A DNA stretch of 64,000 bases from Lama glama (lineage: Eukaryota), in the NCBI GenBank assembly GCA_028534125.1, contig CM052817.1, forward strand, positions 75,580,001-75,644,000, read 5' to 3'. The notes under the pieces were generated by a model. The model worked only from the letters and a program-made list of their open reading frames with translations, was not told the DNA's origin and did not search any database. Below are positions 12,637-26,350 of the stretch, in pieces. Both the position numbers and the translations under genes were made by a program. Position 1 is the first letter of the stretch. Every line of letters starts with the position of its first letter.

Positions 12637-13319
12637 GTCATTAATTGTTTGTTAAAAAGAAAAAAGAGAAGTAATAAATGTCAGGAAATGTAATGATGTA
12701 AAATGGGAATTTTTATGAAATAAAAAACTATAAAAATTACAAAAAATGGAAGACTGCTTTCTAATTTGATTGAATATAAGTATTTTATTTCCTAATACCA
12801 ACAACAGAGCATAGGAATCACACTGAAATGTGTTATCAGAGGAATCCCTTTATAAGGACTTACTATTTGTCAGAGCAGATAAAGAAAAAGTTATTATGCT
12901 GTCAGGAATACTTGACCATAATTGTCACGTGGAGATAAGGTTGCTAGTACAAAATAGAGGCAGACACAGTTAACCAGTGAGTATTGGGTCCATACTTTCT
13001 TCAGTCAGAACTATTTATCTTAAGACTTGGTGCCCAATATAGCAGACAGTTTAAAGAAATTGGATTAAATGCTTTAACTATATCAAAGAACACCATTGTT
13101 GGGGAAACTGGCAAGAATAATACTATCAATAAACTCTACCTCCCAAAAAATTATATTGGTCTTTCTGAAATAAAACTTTCAAGGAAGAAAATATGGCAAA
13201 CCATGCCATAAAATGCCACATAAAATTGTGTAATTGCAAAATTTATAGGAAGCTGCCAAGAATAGGTTTTGAAACATGATTAATGGGTTCATGTATTATG
13301 AAAAAAAGTTTTATAAAAC

Positions 13320-13500
13320 CATTGTCATTCACTATTAAATACACATAATGCCAGATACTGCCTCAGGTATCATGGATGAACTGACAAAACAAAGTGCATT
13401 ATCTTCATATAGCTTGCATTCCGGTGGGAGAAAACAATTATATACATGAGCAGACATATACAAACACATGTATATCGTTAGCATTTGTAATTGTTTTGAA
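13320..13500 (-). mobile_element. L2 3' end fragment
   Basis: tattaaatacacataatgccagatactgcc...ttcatatagcttgcattccggtgggagaaaaca resembles an antisense L2 3' terminus. Confidence 0.55.
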
Positions 13501-16374
13501 GAAGAAATTCATGTAAGCCAAAAATCATACTCTCACTTAAAAATAAAATAAAATCAAAGAATGGAGCTACTATCTGCTGTTATAGGAATATGAGCTTAAC
13601 ACAAGCAATATGATACACTGATATTTAAAACATTGAAGAACGTCCAACATAAACTGGAAAAATAGTTATGCAACAATATTTTTAAATGATATCGAAGGTA
13701 TATCAGAGAACAACACCACAATAACATTTATGAATTTCAGAATGCCTATGAAGTTGGAAGAAATAGTTATATGACAAAGCAGTGATGATACACATAATAT
13801 ACTCTAATAAAATAGTAAGATAAGGGTAATTTTTTAAATTGTAGGAGCAAAGAATGAGCCATTTAAAAAAAATCCTATACACCCTCATAAAAGTTTTATA
13901 AGCAATTTAAATGTTTTATTATAAAGTCCCAAGATGTATAACCAAGGTTTTATTCTTGAAAAATAAACCTTTAAAAAGAAATACATTTTTAGTAAAACTA
14001 TCTGAAACAGTAAAATATGAAAGTCTATTAGTAAACATATATTTTATGAGAACAGTAGAAGTAGTTAAAAATATGATAAGAAATCAAAAGAAAGGTTAAA
14101 AAAGATTATTTTGTCCACTAAAAGAGCCTCCCGATGAAGTCTGTATGAAGTGTTTAAAAAAGTTTATAGCGATTAATAGTGGCTCAGAATAGATTTCAGG
14201 GGATGAATGGAAGCTTAGATGAAGCTTCTTGGTATTTTGTTATATTGAAGTGAAAGAGTATGAACTTAATCATAAATTTAGTTTATGTTTCTTTACCAGT
14301 AAAGATTGCATTTAACATTATATATACACCAATTAAATTGTGAAGAAATACTGTTATGTAGGAGATAAATTTGAAATAGTATCCTTAATTCTATTATTTA
14401 CAAATTATATTTAAGTTTGTGTTAATGATTAAGAATATACGTTGCATATACTTGAACCTAGCCGCACAAATGTTTGATTAATCTTGATTTAAATTATTCT
14501 TTGTTATTTTTAATAAATACTCTATGCTCATTTCATATTAAATTTCACCTATTGTTTGCTTTTACAATGCTAGAAACATTTTGCAAAATATTTCGATATT
14601 TCTATGAAATCAGAAGAATAATTATTAGTAAAACCTAAGGCTCTGGAATATTCATAAAATAATTTGTCCCTGTACTAAATCATAGCTATGTTATCTTAGT
14701 GACTTTCATTAGGGAATTTGTTTATTTTATTGTGTTTCTACCAGTTGAAATTTAGTGATGAGTTATTTTATTTCAACATGAAATATTAAAATCTAAGTAT
14801 GCTATCAGCAATATTGCAATTAAATTCTAGAAACTATTTTATACTGAAAAGTTTAGTACAAAATAGTTCAAGCAAAATTTCTGTCCCCCTTTTATGAGGG
14901 AGAAAAAAGGAAAGAATTCTCCCTTAAAAAAGTGTCTATTTCTTACATAGCACAGATTCAACTCACTGTTTTCCTTTGTGGTATGGTGTTGGGGGCAGAT
15001 AAACACAAGTTATATTTTGATATAGAAAAAAAGACGTTATAAGGGATCTATTCAACAGAGCAAGTGACTGATGTCCACGTGCATTATAATTCAAACTGTA
15101 GCTGACAACATGAAAACATGTTGTCAAAAAAGTTTCATAAATGTTTTCTGTACTCACTATATTTACATGTCATAGAGTTTACTTCCATGCATCATAGGTG
15201 CCAATGCTTCTTTCAGATAGACAGGTGTTTCCTGTGTGTTCTTACTGATACATAAAGTCTCAGACTGGAAATACTCATTCTATTCACCTATGAAATTAAT
15301 TTTGCTTTTGTAAATGAATTTCATTAGTTTAGAATCACCATGGGATATATGAAGATTAGCTTTATTGACTGTGATTTTAAAAATAATAAAAGATGGAACT
15401 CTAATCATTTCTAATTAACACAACTGACTGAACATCTTAACAATGTGAAAAAAAGGATCTTTATTGATTTACTTTACAGTTCTCCAGACCAAAGAATTTT
15501 TTTAAAACATAGTGACTATATTTTAAAATCACTACTACCAAAATATTAACTTGAAGATGAGCTGAAAACTCATGACGTTGTATAAATTTCATTTTATTGA
15601 AATGAATTGACTGTAAGATTTATATACACTGTGTTTATTACCAAAGCAAGTATTTTAATGTTATTTATTTACTGACTTACATTTTGACTTTTTAATTGAC
15701 TTGTTTATGTATTTAATTTACGTTTTATTATGGTATATCTTTGGATGTTCTTCTGTCATACCATAATAATTTGTGATTAGTTATGTACTTTAAAAATATG
15801 GCTATAATTTTAAGTTTTAAGGCAATCTATATGAAAATGAAAGGCAACTTTAGTGTTATTTATTTTCATTGTAGAAGAGAAAATCTTGAATCTGGGTTTA
15901 ATAATATTATCTATGCATTTCTTTTTTAACAAAATGAGCTCTACATATCAATAATAATTTTTATAATTCTCCAAATAATCCAAATATTCCACAGAGTAAT
16001 AGAGATTAAGGTACGTGATGTAGATATTAACCAGTCTTACCAATTACTACATTTGGTAACAAGCAAAATGACTTACTCATTTCTGCCAAATGTATACTAT
16101 TATGTCATATAGTTCAGTGTTTCAATCTTCATGAATTAACTCTTTTACTTGACACATTTAATTCTAATTATTTATTCAGTTCATAGAATAAATTGGTTAG
16201 ATAACAGCTAAAATTCTGATTTCATGAAGCTTTCAACATAATCCCAATAAAGCTATTAATAAAATAGTTATATGAGTAAGTACATTTTACTAACTTTTAT
16301 AACTATTTTCAAAGGAAGATACCAGTTCTCTAAGCTGTAACTAGAGGAATTAACTTGCCTATGAGATATCAAAT

Positions 16375-17110
16375 AGCATTTACAAAGATATGATGTAAAT
16401 TAAATCCAGCAATATATCAGAGGCATAAATGACATGGATAATTGTAGTTGCATCAGAAATACAGTTTGGTTTAACATCTGAAAAGTAATCAGTGCAGTTC
16501 AACATGTTAAAAAGTTGTTGGAAAGAAATAAGATTATCACAGTAGTTTCATAAAAATTATTTGGCACAATTTAATACCTATTGATGCTGAAACTATGAAT
16601 AAAATGAAATCTCAAGCTGATAAAGGAAATGTACAAATCTCTTAATGTTAATATTATATACTAGGAATAGCCTGAATGATTTCTCTAAAATCAAAAAAAG
16701 TAAAAATGTTTACACTTACCACTGCCATACATCATTTATTGAGATCCTAGCCAGAACAGTAATAATGCAAAAAAAGTAACACCTTCGTGTAGAGTTGGAA
16801 TGAAAACATAAAACTCTCTTCCTAAGCAGATCATATGACTGTGTATGTAGAAAATCTCTAATATTCCACAAAACAGCTTCTAGAAATAACGGAATTTAAC
16901 AAGACTACAAAGTATAAGGTCAAAATAGAGAAAAATAATTATATTTCCATACTGTAAACAAATGATTTGGAACTAAAATTTAAAAAAAAATCTTTCAATA
17001 CACTATCACATCCGAAAGCAGGAAACGATTAAGGTTACATATAATTAAATATAGAGAAAATCTTTACAATAAGAGTTCCAAATGTCACAAAGAGAAGTTA
17101 AAGAAGACCT
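16375..17110 (+). mobile_element. Old L1M ORF2 (RT) fragment
   Basis: Degenerate RT-region sequence, including the ADDM-equivalent gcagatcatatgactgtgtatgtagaaaatc, ending at agagaagttaaagaagacct. Confidence 0.75.
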
Positions 17111-18326
17111 CCATATAAACAAAGTAGACAAACCTCAAGCTAGGCTTACCAAGAAAAAAAGAGAGAGAACTGAAATAAATAAAATAAAAAATGAAAAAGA
17201 TGACATTACAACTGATGCTGCAAAATTACAAAGGATAATTGACTAATATGAACAATTGTGCACCAAAAATTTGGATAAGCTAGAAATGTATACATTTCTA
17301 GAAACATCCAACTTACCAAGACCAGGTTATGAAAAAACAGAAAATTTAAACAGAAAAGTTACTAGTAAGGAGAGTGAATTAGTAATCAGAAACCTCCCAA
17401 CAGGGAAAAATTCAGGACCAGGTGGCTTCATTAGTAAATTCTACCAGACATTTTAAGAGGAATTAATATTAACTTCTCAAACATTTACAAAAGAAGAGTA
17501 AGGAACACTCTTTCAAAATCATTTTATGTGGCCAGTGTTACCCTGACAGAAACCAAACAAGGACACCACAAGAAAAGAAAATTACAAGCCAATACCCTGG
17601 AGAGATGCAAATATCCTCAACAAAATATTAGCAAACTGAATTCAACAATAAAATAAAGGGATTGTACATCATGGTCAATTGGGATTTATTCCAGGGATAC
17701 CATGATGATTCAACAGTGATAAGTCAATCAATGTGATATACCACATTAACAGATTGAAGGAAAAAAATCATACAGTCATCTCAATAGATGAAGAAAAAGC
17801 GTTGAACAAAATTTAAGGTCCATTTATGATTAAAAAAAAAGTGCTCAACAAAGTGATATAAAGGAACATACCTCAACATACTATAGGCCACATATGACGA
17901 GCTCATTGCTAGCATCATTCTCAATGGTGAAAAGTCAAAAGCTTTTCCTGTAAGATGAGGAACAAGGCAAGAATGCTCACTCTCCCCACTTTTATTCAAA
18001 ATAGTATTGGAAGTACTAACAAGAGCAATTAGATGAGAAAAAGAAATAAAGGGCATCCAAATCATAAAAGGAAGAAGTAAAACAGTTGCTATTTGCAGAT
18101 ACCAAAATATTACATATAAAAAACCCTAAAGTCTCCACCAAAAAAACTGTTGAAACTAATAAGCAAATTCAGAAATTTGGAGAATATCACATTAATGTAC
18201 AAAAATCAGTTTTACTTCGATGTACTGATAACAGACCATCAGAAACAGAAGTTAGGATAACAATCTCATTTACAATTGTGTCAAAAAGAATAAAATCCCT
18301 CAGAATAAATTTAGCCAAGGAAGTGA
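17111..18326 (+). mobile_element. Younger L1 ORF2 fragment (Z domain and RT), truncated at both ends
   Basis: ORF 17256-17456 (NLDKLEMYTFLETSNLPR...GPGGFISKFYQTF) and ORF 18086-18358 (LFADTKILHIKNPKVSTKK) are L1 ORF2p remnants with frameshifts. Confidence 0.93.
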
Positions 18327-18547
18327 GTGAAAGAAAACCAGTGGCCTCTAGAAGTTGAAAAAGGCGATGTAATGGATTCTCTGTTAGAGTCTACAGAAAG
18401 AAACACACCCTTTGGGACACCTGAATTTTAGTTCAGTGAAACCCATATTGCACTTCTGAACTACAGAACTGTAAGATAATTAATTTGTACTGTTTAAGCT
18501 CCTAAATTTGTGCTAATTTTTTGCAGCATCAATAGAAAGCCAACACA
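18327..18547 (+). mobile_element. MaLR LTR 3' half (MLT1C/D-like)
   Basis: gcctctagaagttgaaaaaggc...cttctgaactacagaactgtaagataattaatttgtactgtttaag...gcagcatcaatagaaagccaacaca is the typical MLT1 3' end. Confidence 0.85.
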
Positions 18548-19080
18548 GATATTTTGGCTTGGTACAAAACTTTAACTTGACCAATACTTTCTGTTCCTTG
18601 AATATAATTTTCCTTCTTGAATTTAGACAGTAAGTTGTGTACTGATTGTTCAGATCAAAAGTGTTTTTGCTCTCGCTAATTTTAAGAATTTCATTTGTCT
18701 TTCTACTTGTCTGCATTTTTTGCTACCATTTTCTCTTTTCTCAGCTATGCTCTCTCTCTTTGGTTCCTTTATTTCATTGATTCTTTAAAAAAAAAAAAAG
18801 CTTAACCACTAACTCTTAATACTTTCTCTAACTCTCTTTTCTATATATGTTTTTCTAGGAACCCATTTAGACATTTGTTAGAACTTCTCATTCTGCCCTC
18901 CACTTCACTTTTTCCTATTTTCCTATTTTTTAAAAAAAATTTCTGCAATGCATTCTGCTTTATTTCTTCAAGTCCAATACAGATTCACTAGTTTTCTTGA
19001 AAGGTTTTATTTCATAGATTATAATTTCTAGAAAACTTGGGATGGGGTACTTTGATACATCTTTAATTTAGAAAAGTATT

Positions 19081-19194
19081 TGAATATATGTATGTTTATG
19101 TATGACTGAGGGATTGTGCTCTACACTGGAATTTGACACAACATTGTAGGATGACTATAACTCAATAAAAAATGTAAAAAAAAAAAAAAAGAAA
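19081..19194 (+). mobile_element. Extremely 5'-truncated young L1 (about 115 bp) with poly(A)
   Basis: Same terminal sequence type as 215-300. Perfect 11-bp TSD AGAAAAGTATT at 19070-19080 and 19195-19205. Confidence 0.92.
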
Positions 19195-19633
19195 AGAAAA
19201 GTATTCGTGTTTTCGTGTCTATTTCACTACAGCCTAGGAATGATGGCAACCTGATAGGCCTCCAGGTGCTTTTCATTTTCCGCTGGCTTAATTGGGGCAA
19301 ATGCAGGGCAGCTTCCCTACCCAGCCTGGCAGTGTGCTCTTTGTTGTTTAATTGTTCTGTTTGTTTGCAGTTTTTTTTTTTCTTCTCTTGGCTTGACATG
19401 TGTATCAAATTCTATTTGTTTTGTACTCAGTGTTCATAATGCTTTATATAAATATTATAATATTTAAATAAAGAATATTTATACTCAGAGAAGTTAAATT
19501 TTACTAAGAGCTTAGGTGTGGATAAATCTGAGAGATGAATAAAAACAAAGTAATTAATAGATGCAACTTTTCATAAAACTTTCATTCTTACTGAATTTTG
19601 CAGATCTCAGGTTTCCTTTCAATTTTTTTCTAG

Positions 19634-19692
19634 GCTCTATGGATGATTGAACCAGAAATAGAACCAAATCCAGCCCTCAAGAATTTTCCAAG
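19634..19692 (+). other. Candidate internal exon (59 nt) of an unidentified transcript
   Basis: Acceptor gtttcctttcaatttttttctag| and donor AAG|gtatgt in non-repeat DNA. One frame is open (ALWMIEPEIEPNPALKNFP) but I do not recognise it. Confidence 0.3.
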
Positions 19693-20194
19693 GTATGTAA
19701 GTGAAATTTATATTATAAACTTGTTTGTGAATGTGTTTTAAGCAAATGTAGTGTTACATGAATAATTTGTGTCATTAGCATTGTGGAAAAACATCCCTGA
19801 GATCTATAAAATTCTAAATGTACAATATAGTCAACATTTCCAAATTTAACTTCCTGTGTATTTAGGAATGATGTACATGTCAATCTTATTTAAAGGAGGA
19901 AAGCAAAATGAGAAAATACCAAAGGGCCTTAATCATTATTATAAAATATTGTATCTCCTGTTCAGCTTAAAATTGTCACCACATAATGCATGCGTTGCAG
20001 AATATGAATGTTTCTGTCATTTTTAATATGGTTAATGTGGAAACCTTAACTTTGTGGTTTGCTTTTGTGTTGATTATTTGGATGGGGGAAAAGTAAGCAT
20101 TGGTCTTTCATCTTCCCTGCTGGAATATTGGAACTTTCAGCCTTTTCTATCTTTATGAAAAAAAGGACATTTAAAAAATTATCTTGACTCAAGG

Positions 20195-20810
20195 TGTTAC
20201 CGGGAGGAGGGAAGTAAGAGTTACCTCAGTTCTTAAGTCACCTGAAAAAAATGAATTTTTAACAAGAGACAGAAAGTGTGATATAAATGAGATTTTACTA
20301 GTAAAGTTAAAAGGTAGTAAAATATAGTAGACTCCCGAGAATTGGGAGCGGGCCAACCCAAGAGAGGAAAAATGGTGCCGCTCCTTTGTTTTTCCTGTTT
20401 TTATACCCTGGCTTAGGGGGTGTTTTCATGACTGATCAATTGATTCACGGCTCAGGTTCTTTGAGTGCTCAGGCTGATTGACAGCTCAGGTTCCTTGTGC
20501 TCAGGCACGCCCATCTCTTTTAGGAGTGTTCTTACGCATGATGCACACAGAGAAACCTATGGGAAGGGGCTCAGACTGTAATATTACTTACATTATAATG
20601 AGCATTGGGTCAGGTTGAGCTAGGTCCTTCTCTCTTTTGTGCAGCTGCAGTGTTGAATCCTAGCCAGCTTCTTTGCTGACCCTCATTTAGAGAAAGTAAA
20701 CATTTTTGGAGCCCCTTATCTTGAGTATAGGTATGCTGTTATTTTCACAGTTTCTCCTTTTCCCTTCCTCCCCACTCCCCGGTGCTCATTTCTATCTTAA
20801 CTGCCTAACA
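20195..20810 (-). mobile_element. ERV1-class solo LTR, 616 bp, well preserved
   Basis: TGTTA...TAACA termini, perfect 4-bp TSD AAGG (20191-20194 and 20811-20814), TATA (ggtataaaaa) on the - strand near 20400, and several retained CpGs. Confidence 0.9.
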
Positions 20811-21344
20811 AAGGTATAAAATAAAAGTGGATTTTGTTTTCCATGGTGGAAAGATAAAGAGGGTGTTGAAAGAAAAGTATTGAAAGTTATTTGCTAAGGA
20901 AGCCTGGAAGCTGATTCTAGAGAAGTGAGTCAATACAAGAATGAGTAAACCCAGGAAATGACCGGAGGGCAAGAGGAGTTGAGTCCTTTTCTGCAGACCG
21001 GTAAGACTGCATTTACATGAGAGAACCCCATTTCCTCCCACTGGCACAAAAAAAAAAGGCCTTGTGGCTTCTGTGTTCTACTCATTAGTCACCCACCATG
21101 TCACACGATTTACTGTGAATTCCAGTTAATTATCTCATTTGCAGAGTTGGAACCCCTACTATAGTAGAAATGGCATTTATGAGAAGATATAAGTATTTAA
21201 AAAGTAGCAGCTTATCTGTTTTGTGCTACTTAAGGGAGAAATGCAATAATGAAATTAGACAAGAATAGAGCATTTATAAGAACTGTTTTCTTTTTAATAA
21301 CAGTACCTGTTGTTCTTCTATACTGAAAATAATTGCATTTGTTC

Positions 21345-21803
21345 TGCCGACAAAAATATTCATCAGTCGATCTGAAAAAGAAATGGAAAACTTTATTTGA
21401 GCCAAATTGAGGATTATAACCCAGAAACAGCCTCCCAGAAAGCTCCAAGAACTGTTCTTCCTGTTAGAGGTCAGAGCACAGTTACATAGGTTTTGAGACA
21501 GAGGGCTATACATGAAATGTAGATAGTTTGTACAATTAAGATCTGTAAGTACAAAGCAGTGGGTTAAACATGAGCCCTTAACGATATCAAGCAGGAATGT
21601 TATCTTTTAAGGAGCTGTCTTGTTGGTGCAAGAATGTTGGTCTTTATTTTTGAATAGGTATTTCTGCTGATGGAGAATTTTGCTCAGTGCATAATGTGGA
21701 TACACAGTACACAGTATAAAGGAGAAAGGGGGCCAAAGGACAGAGAACATTTTTTTATGTTTACATTTTTGTCTTACTGTAAAATATGAATTTTTATTTC
21801 ACA
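21345..21803 (-). mobile_element. ERV1-class solo LTR (MER4-group-like)
   Basis: TG...CA ends (tgccgac...tttcaca) and a reversed poly(A) signal tttattt followed by gagccaaattgaggattataacccag. The TSD is only half conserved (gttc/gtaa). Confidence 0.75.
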
Positions 21804-22005
21804 GTAAAACATGGTAATTATGGGAGATAAATGTATGCATGTTGTCTTTTATGATTCAAGTTGATTCAAATGAATGTCTTTCATATAGTAAGCACTCAAT
21901 AAATTTAGTGTTGTTGTATCTATTATTAGGTTCCCATATCAAGTGGTCTCAAATTTTGGCTTGTATACTTACGTTTCAGGATTAAATATAAATCTCATAT
22001 AGCCC

Positions 22006-22490
22006 TAGCAAAGAAATATTGCATTGGACAGAGTTAAACAGGCAAGGACGACTTTGTTCGAGACTGTTAGAGTAGGGAAGAGAGAGTGAATTCAACTCTG
22101 CTGAAACAAAAGGTGGGGAGATTTTTAAAAGCTGTGACGAGCTAGTAAAAAGCTAGTAAAAAACACTGGGAAGATGTTACCGGGGAGGCTGGCCAATGTG
22201 ATTAGGCCATTTGTGTTTGCTAATCGTCACTTTTTGAAGTTGGTGCCCTTATCTCCCATTCTCTGTGGGATTATAGTCCAGAGGGATGGTCCACAAGAAT
22301 GACATTCCCTGGGCTGTAAAAATCTGGCACAGGCTGGGAGAAGATGTGCATCTCAAAGGAGAATAAAAAATAATTTACACGTTTTCTAAAGCAAATGCTT
22401 TGAGAAAAGGGAAGTCAGAGACTTACAGCCAGGAAGAAGCCTGTCTTGAGTTTACTAAAGCTGAGAGAAACAGTAAAGCTGTCTTGGACA
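22006..22490 (-). mobile_element. MER31-like ERV1 solo LTR
   Basis: Matches the recalled MER31 consensus in antisense (ggacagagttaaacaggcaagga; caatgtgattaggccatttgtgtttgctaat; gcaaatgctttgagaaaagggaagtcag). TSD gccc/gcct. Confidence 0.85.
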
Positions 22491-24981
22491 GCCTATATGT
22501 ACAGAATGTCAAGGGGAGAAACAGTTTCTCCTGAACTATCCTGGGGAAAACAAACAAACAAAACAAAACAACAACAACAACAACAAAAAACAGGCTTGTT
22601 CTTATACTAACTGTAATTGAAATAGCCTGGAATTTAGAATACATTGTGAACATAATTGAATAATTATGTAGAAAGTAGAAAAGTAGAAAAATATCATTTA
22701 CTCTAGATAAAACAAAGTAATACTCACTGAAAAAAAAGTTTGCCAAATGGAAAAGCCTTTTGGAAATGTAAACATATTGTTTATCTGTGCTTATTTTTAA
22801 AGTTCTTAAAAGTAAAAAGCATAATTCTGTTACATTCCATTATTTGTATTATTGAGTAATAAATGTTACTGGTAAGAGAGAAATGGTTCAGGAAGCAGTA
22901 CAAAGTAAACAGAGGAAATATCAAAGTTAAAGCAAGGATTTTTGTGAACTCTGGAGAGCAGATAAATTATGCCTTTGAAGCATATTCTATATTCATCTAA
23001 TGGGCAAAGCTTAATTTAATGGTTGCTTAATGTTTATCTAGATAGAGCAATGTGAAGATATTGCATTAATGAACTATTTTAAAGTTTTAATGGTAATCTA
23101 AGGAACTACGCTGATATCTTTAATAGTTTTGAAATGATTAAATAGAGAATAACACTACATTAAAAGTGATCTGGAAATCCATGAGGCATGTCCTTAGTAA
23201 AGCAATCATCAAGCAAGATGTTTTTCAATAGCAGATGACTGAATGTCAAAATAAAAGGTCAAACTATGCTAGAATTTAATTTTAAATATACAACCTTCAC
23301 TGGAAAGCATACATATCGATGTTAGGAAGTCAAAAACAACTCTAAGTGTAATCAGAAAAGAATGAACACGGACATTAAAGTCTTCAAATAAATCATTTAG
23401 TGTAGGAATCATTGTCTTCATATCATAATGGCTTAACACATAATAAATGGTATGTGTGCTTTTTTAGGTGAATGAGATAAAAAATTTTAAATATTTAAAA
23501 ATTATATAACATCAAATATTTTCAATTTTAATCTTTTATATTACTGCATTTAATGCACATTTGAGTGAAATTAGATTTTTGCTTTGTAATATTACCACTA
23601 AAAATGGGGTAAATGTATTTTATATAATAAATCAGTAACAAATGTAAATAATAATAAATTGAAAAGTATCTCATGCCTTGGATTGGAGTAAAGAGTCTGT
23701 TTAGTATTCCTCATGAAATCATTTTGGAAGTCATAAAGCGCTTAATAACGACCCCCTGCAATATTCCCAAAATCCCACTTTATAACCAGTATTATTAAAG
23801 ATGGTACTATATGTAAACTCCTCAGAAGGAATAAAAATGTGTCACAGGTATTTATCTGCACAATTGATTACAGCCATGCTTGTTTAAGACAAAATAGTTT
23901 TAAAGTAACTTTTAATTAAGTAAAAATAATTGAAAATATAAACATTAGTAATATTTCCAGTAATGAATTATCATGTGGAATATTCTTCATATGGAATATG
24001 AAGTCTCAGCAGACTGCAAGATAGTGTGTTAAAGCTAGTTTCCCTTTTGTACCAAAGAATATTTTTTTAAAGGAAGACTCAAACACCCTATTATTATGAT
24101 AAATATAATCATGACTATCACTGCAAATGATATGTTTTAAAAGGACAATTATTCTTTTCTGGTCTGTTTTAAAAATACCACTTTGAGGGCTAAAAGGGTT
24201 ATATTTCAACATTATTCTTTATCCTTCTCATATTCTTCCTTCACAAGCATACATAATAATTACACTACTTCAATCTTTTGAGAATATTCATTGCCATGTA
24301 TGTATTTCTTCTGCACAATAATATAACCTCACTGATTTTAATCAGTTATTTCTGACATAGATACTATACTCCACACTTAAAAGGAAGAGTTGAAAATTTT
24401 ATCAAGTTAACATTATTTCTGAAAGTAACTATTCCTGAGTGATAATAACTCTTCAAAGATGTTAAAGAACAGTGAAGTGAACACTTCTGAACAAAACAGT
24501 TCATACACTTGGAATAATAGTCCTCACTGCCAGCAAGGAAGAGTAATTTTCTTTGTGAGTTATTTGACAATTCAAAACACTATTCTCATTATTTACTTGG
24601 TTTATTTCACAAAATATTTTAAATTACAGGACAAATTTGACATTAAACTTTGTCTATTCCAATAGAAAACTCAGTGTATCTTATGAATAATAGTTATGAA
24701 ATTATTGAAGTAAAATATTGTTATTGAAATCATTATCATAGTAATGTCAACTAGTTCCACAGTTTTAATTGTTTTAAAGTGATTTTTTATGTTATTTAAA
24801 TTTAATTGCATAATAACCATTGGAAAATTACATATACAAATATACACAGGAATGACATTTTACACACATGCGTAATTACTTTCATGTCATACATATTGTT
24901 TAGTTTTTTATTTTAGCGACTGTAGTGTCTTTCTCCTATTCTTTGGCTCAGCTAAAGTCCCTTTACTCCTCTGTCTAGTAA

Positions 24982-26350
24982 TTTTTAAATCAATTTATTT
25001 TTGAGATAACATGTAATATTGTCTAAGTTTAAGCAGTATGACATTGATTTGGCACATTTATATTGCAACATGACGGCCACTGTAGCATTAGCTAACATTT
25101 ATGTCATGTTACACAATTAATCATTTCTTCTAATGATGGAAACATTTGAGATTTAACTTCCTAGCAAGTTTAGTGTTTATAATAGTTTTATTGTCTATAA
25201 TAACTATACTGTGTATTAGATATCCAGGACTTATTTATCTGGCTAGTCTGTACCTTTAAACATTTTTCTTGTTCTCTTACCACTGTTTACTCTGTTTTTT
25301 CAAGTTCATTTGTTTTTAATTCCACATGTGAGATATCATAACAGTACTTGTCTTTCTCTGTCTGATTTATCTCATTTAGGCCAGTGTCATCAAGGTCTGT
25401 CTATATTGTCAAAAATGGCAGGATTTCCTTTTTTCTCGCGGCTGAATTGTGTGTTTTATTATGTCTATTAACACATATTCTTTATCTCTTCGTTCATTGA
25501 CGAACTCAGGTTGTTTCCTTACCTTGACTGCTGTGAATAATGCTACAATAAACATGAGATGCATATATCTTTGAAATAATCTGTTTTCATTTCCTTTAGA
25601 TATATAGGGGTTATTGGATCATATAGTAGTTCTATTTTAAATTTTTTAAGGAATTTCCCTTATTGTTCTCCATAGTAACTGAACTTCCCTCTCAAAACTG
25701 CTTTTTCAACATTCCATAGGTCTTGGTATATTGTTTACATTTTCATTGGTTTCAAGATATTCTTTGATTTCTCTTTGATTTGATTTCTTTCTTGACTCAT
25801 TGGTTGTTCAGAAGTGTGTTGCTTAGTTTTCACATATTCGTAGATTTTTCAGCTTTTGTTGTTGATTTCTGGTCTCATACCACTGTGGTCACAAAAGACA
25901 CTTGGTATGATTTTAATCTTCTTAAATTTGCTAATATTTGTTTTGTGTTTTATCATATGATCTGTATTTGAGAATATTCTATATGCACTTGAGAAGAATG
26001 TGTGTTCTGCTGTTGTTGGATAGAATATTGCATAGTTATTTGTTAGTTCCATTTAGCCTAATACATGGTTCAAGTCTATTGTTTCCTTGTTTTTCTGTCT
26101 GGATAATGTATTCATTCTTGAAAGTGAGGTGTTAAAGTTACCTACTATTATTATATTGTCTATTTCTCCCTTTATATCTGTTAGTATTTACTTAATACAT
26201 TTAAGTGCTATGATATTTTGTGTGTGTGTGTGTGTGTAAGTATATATATATATATATGTATGTATTTGACTGTTATGTCTTCTTGATAGATAGACCCTTT
26301 TATTATTATATAATGACCTAATTATCTATTACTGTTTTTGACTTAAAGTT
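24982..26350 (-). mobile_element. L1 antisense: 3' end (about 24982-25680) joined to endonuclease-region fragment (about 25680-26350)
   Basis: ORF 25849-26052(-) encodes the L1 EN motif (HTFFSSAYRIFSNTDHMIKHKTNISKFKKIKIIPSVFCDHSGM). The left part is L1MA-type 3' UTR. Confidence 0.88.

Noticed and set aside
24364..24665. Cys-containing short ORFs as defensin-like or secreted peptide exons (also 46251-46499 and 60090-60327)
   Set aside because: No defensin cysteine spacing, signal-peptide exon or convincing splice sites. The 46.3 kb ORF is better explained as ERVL gag.
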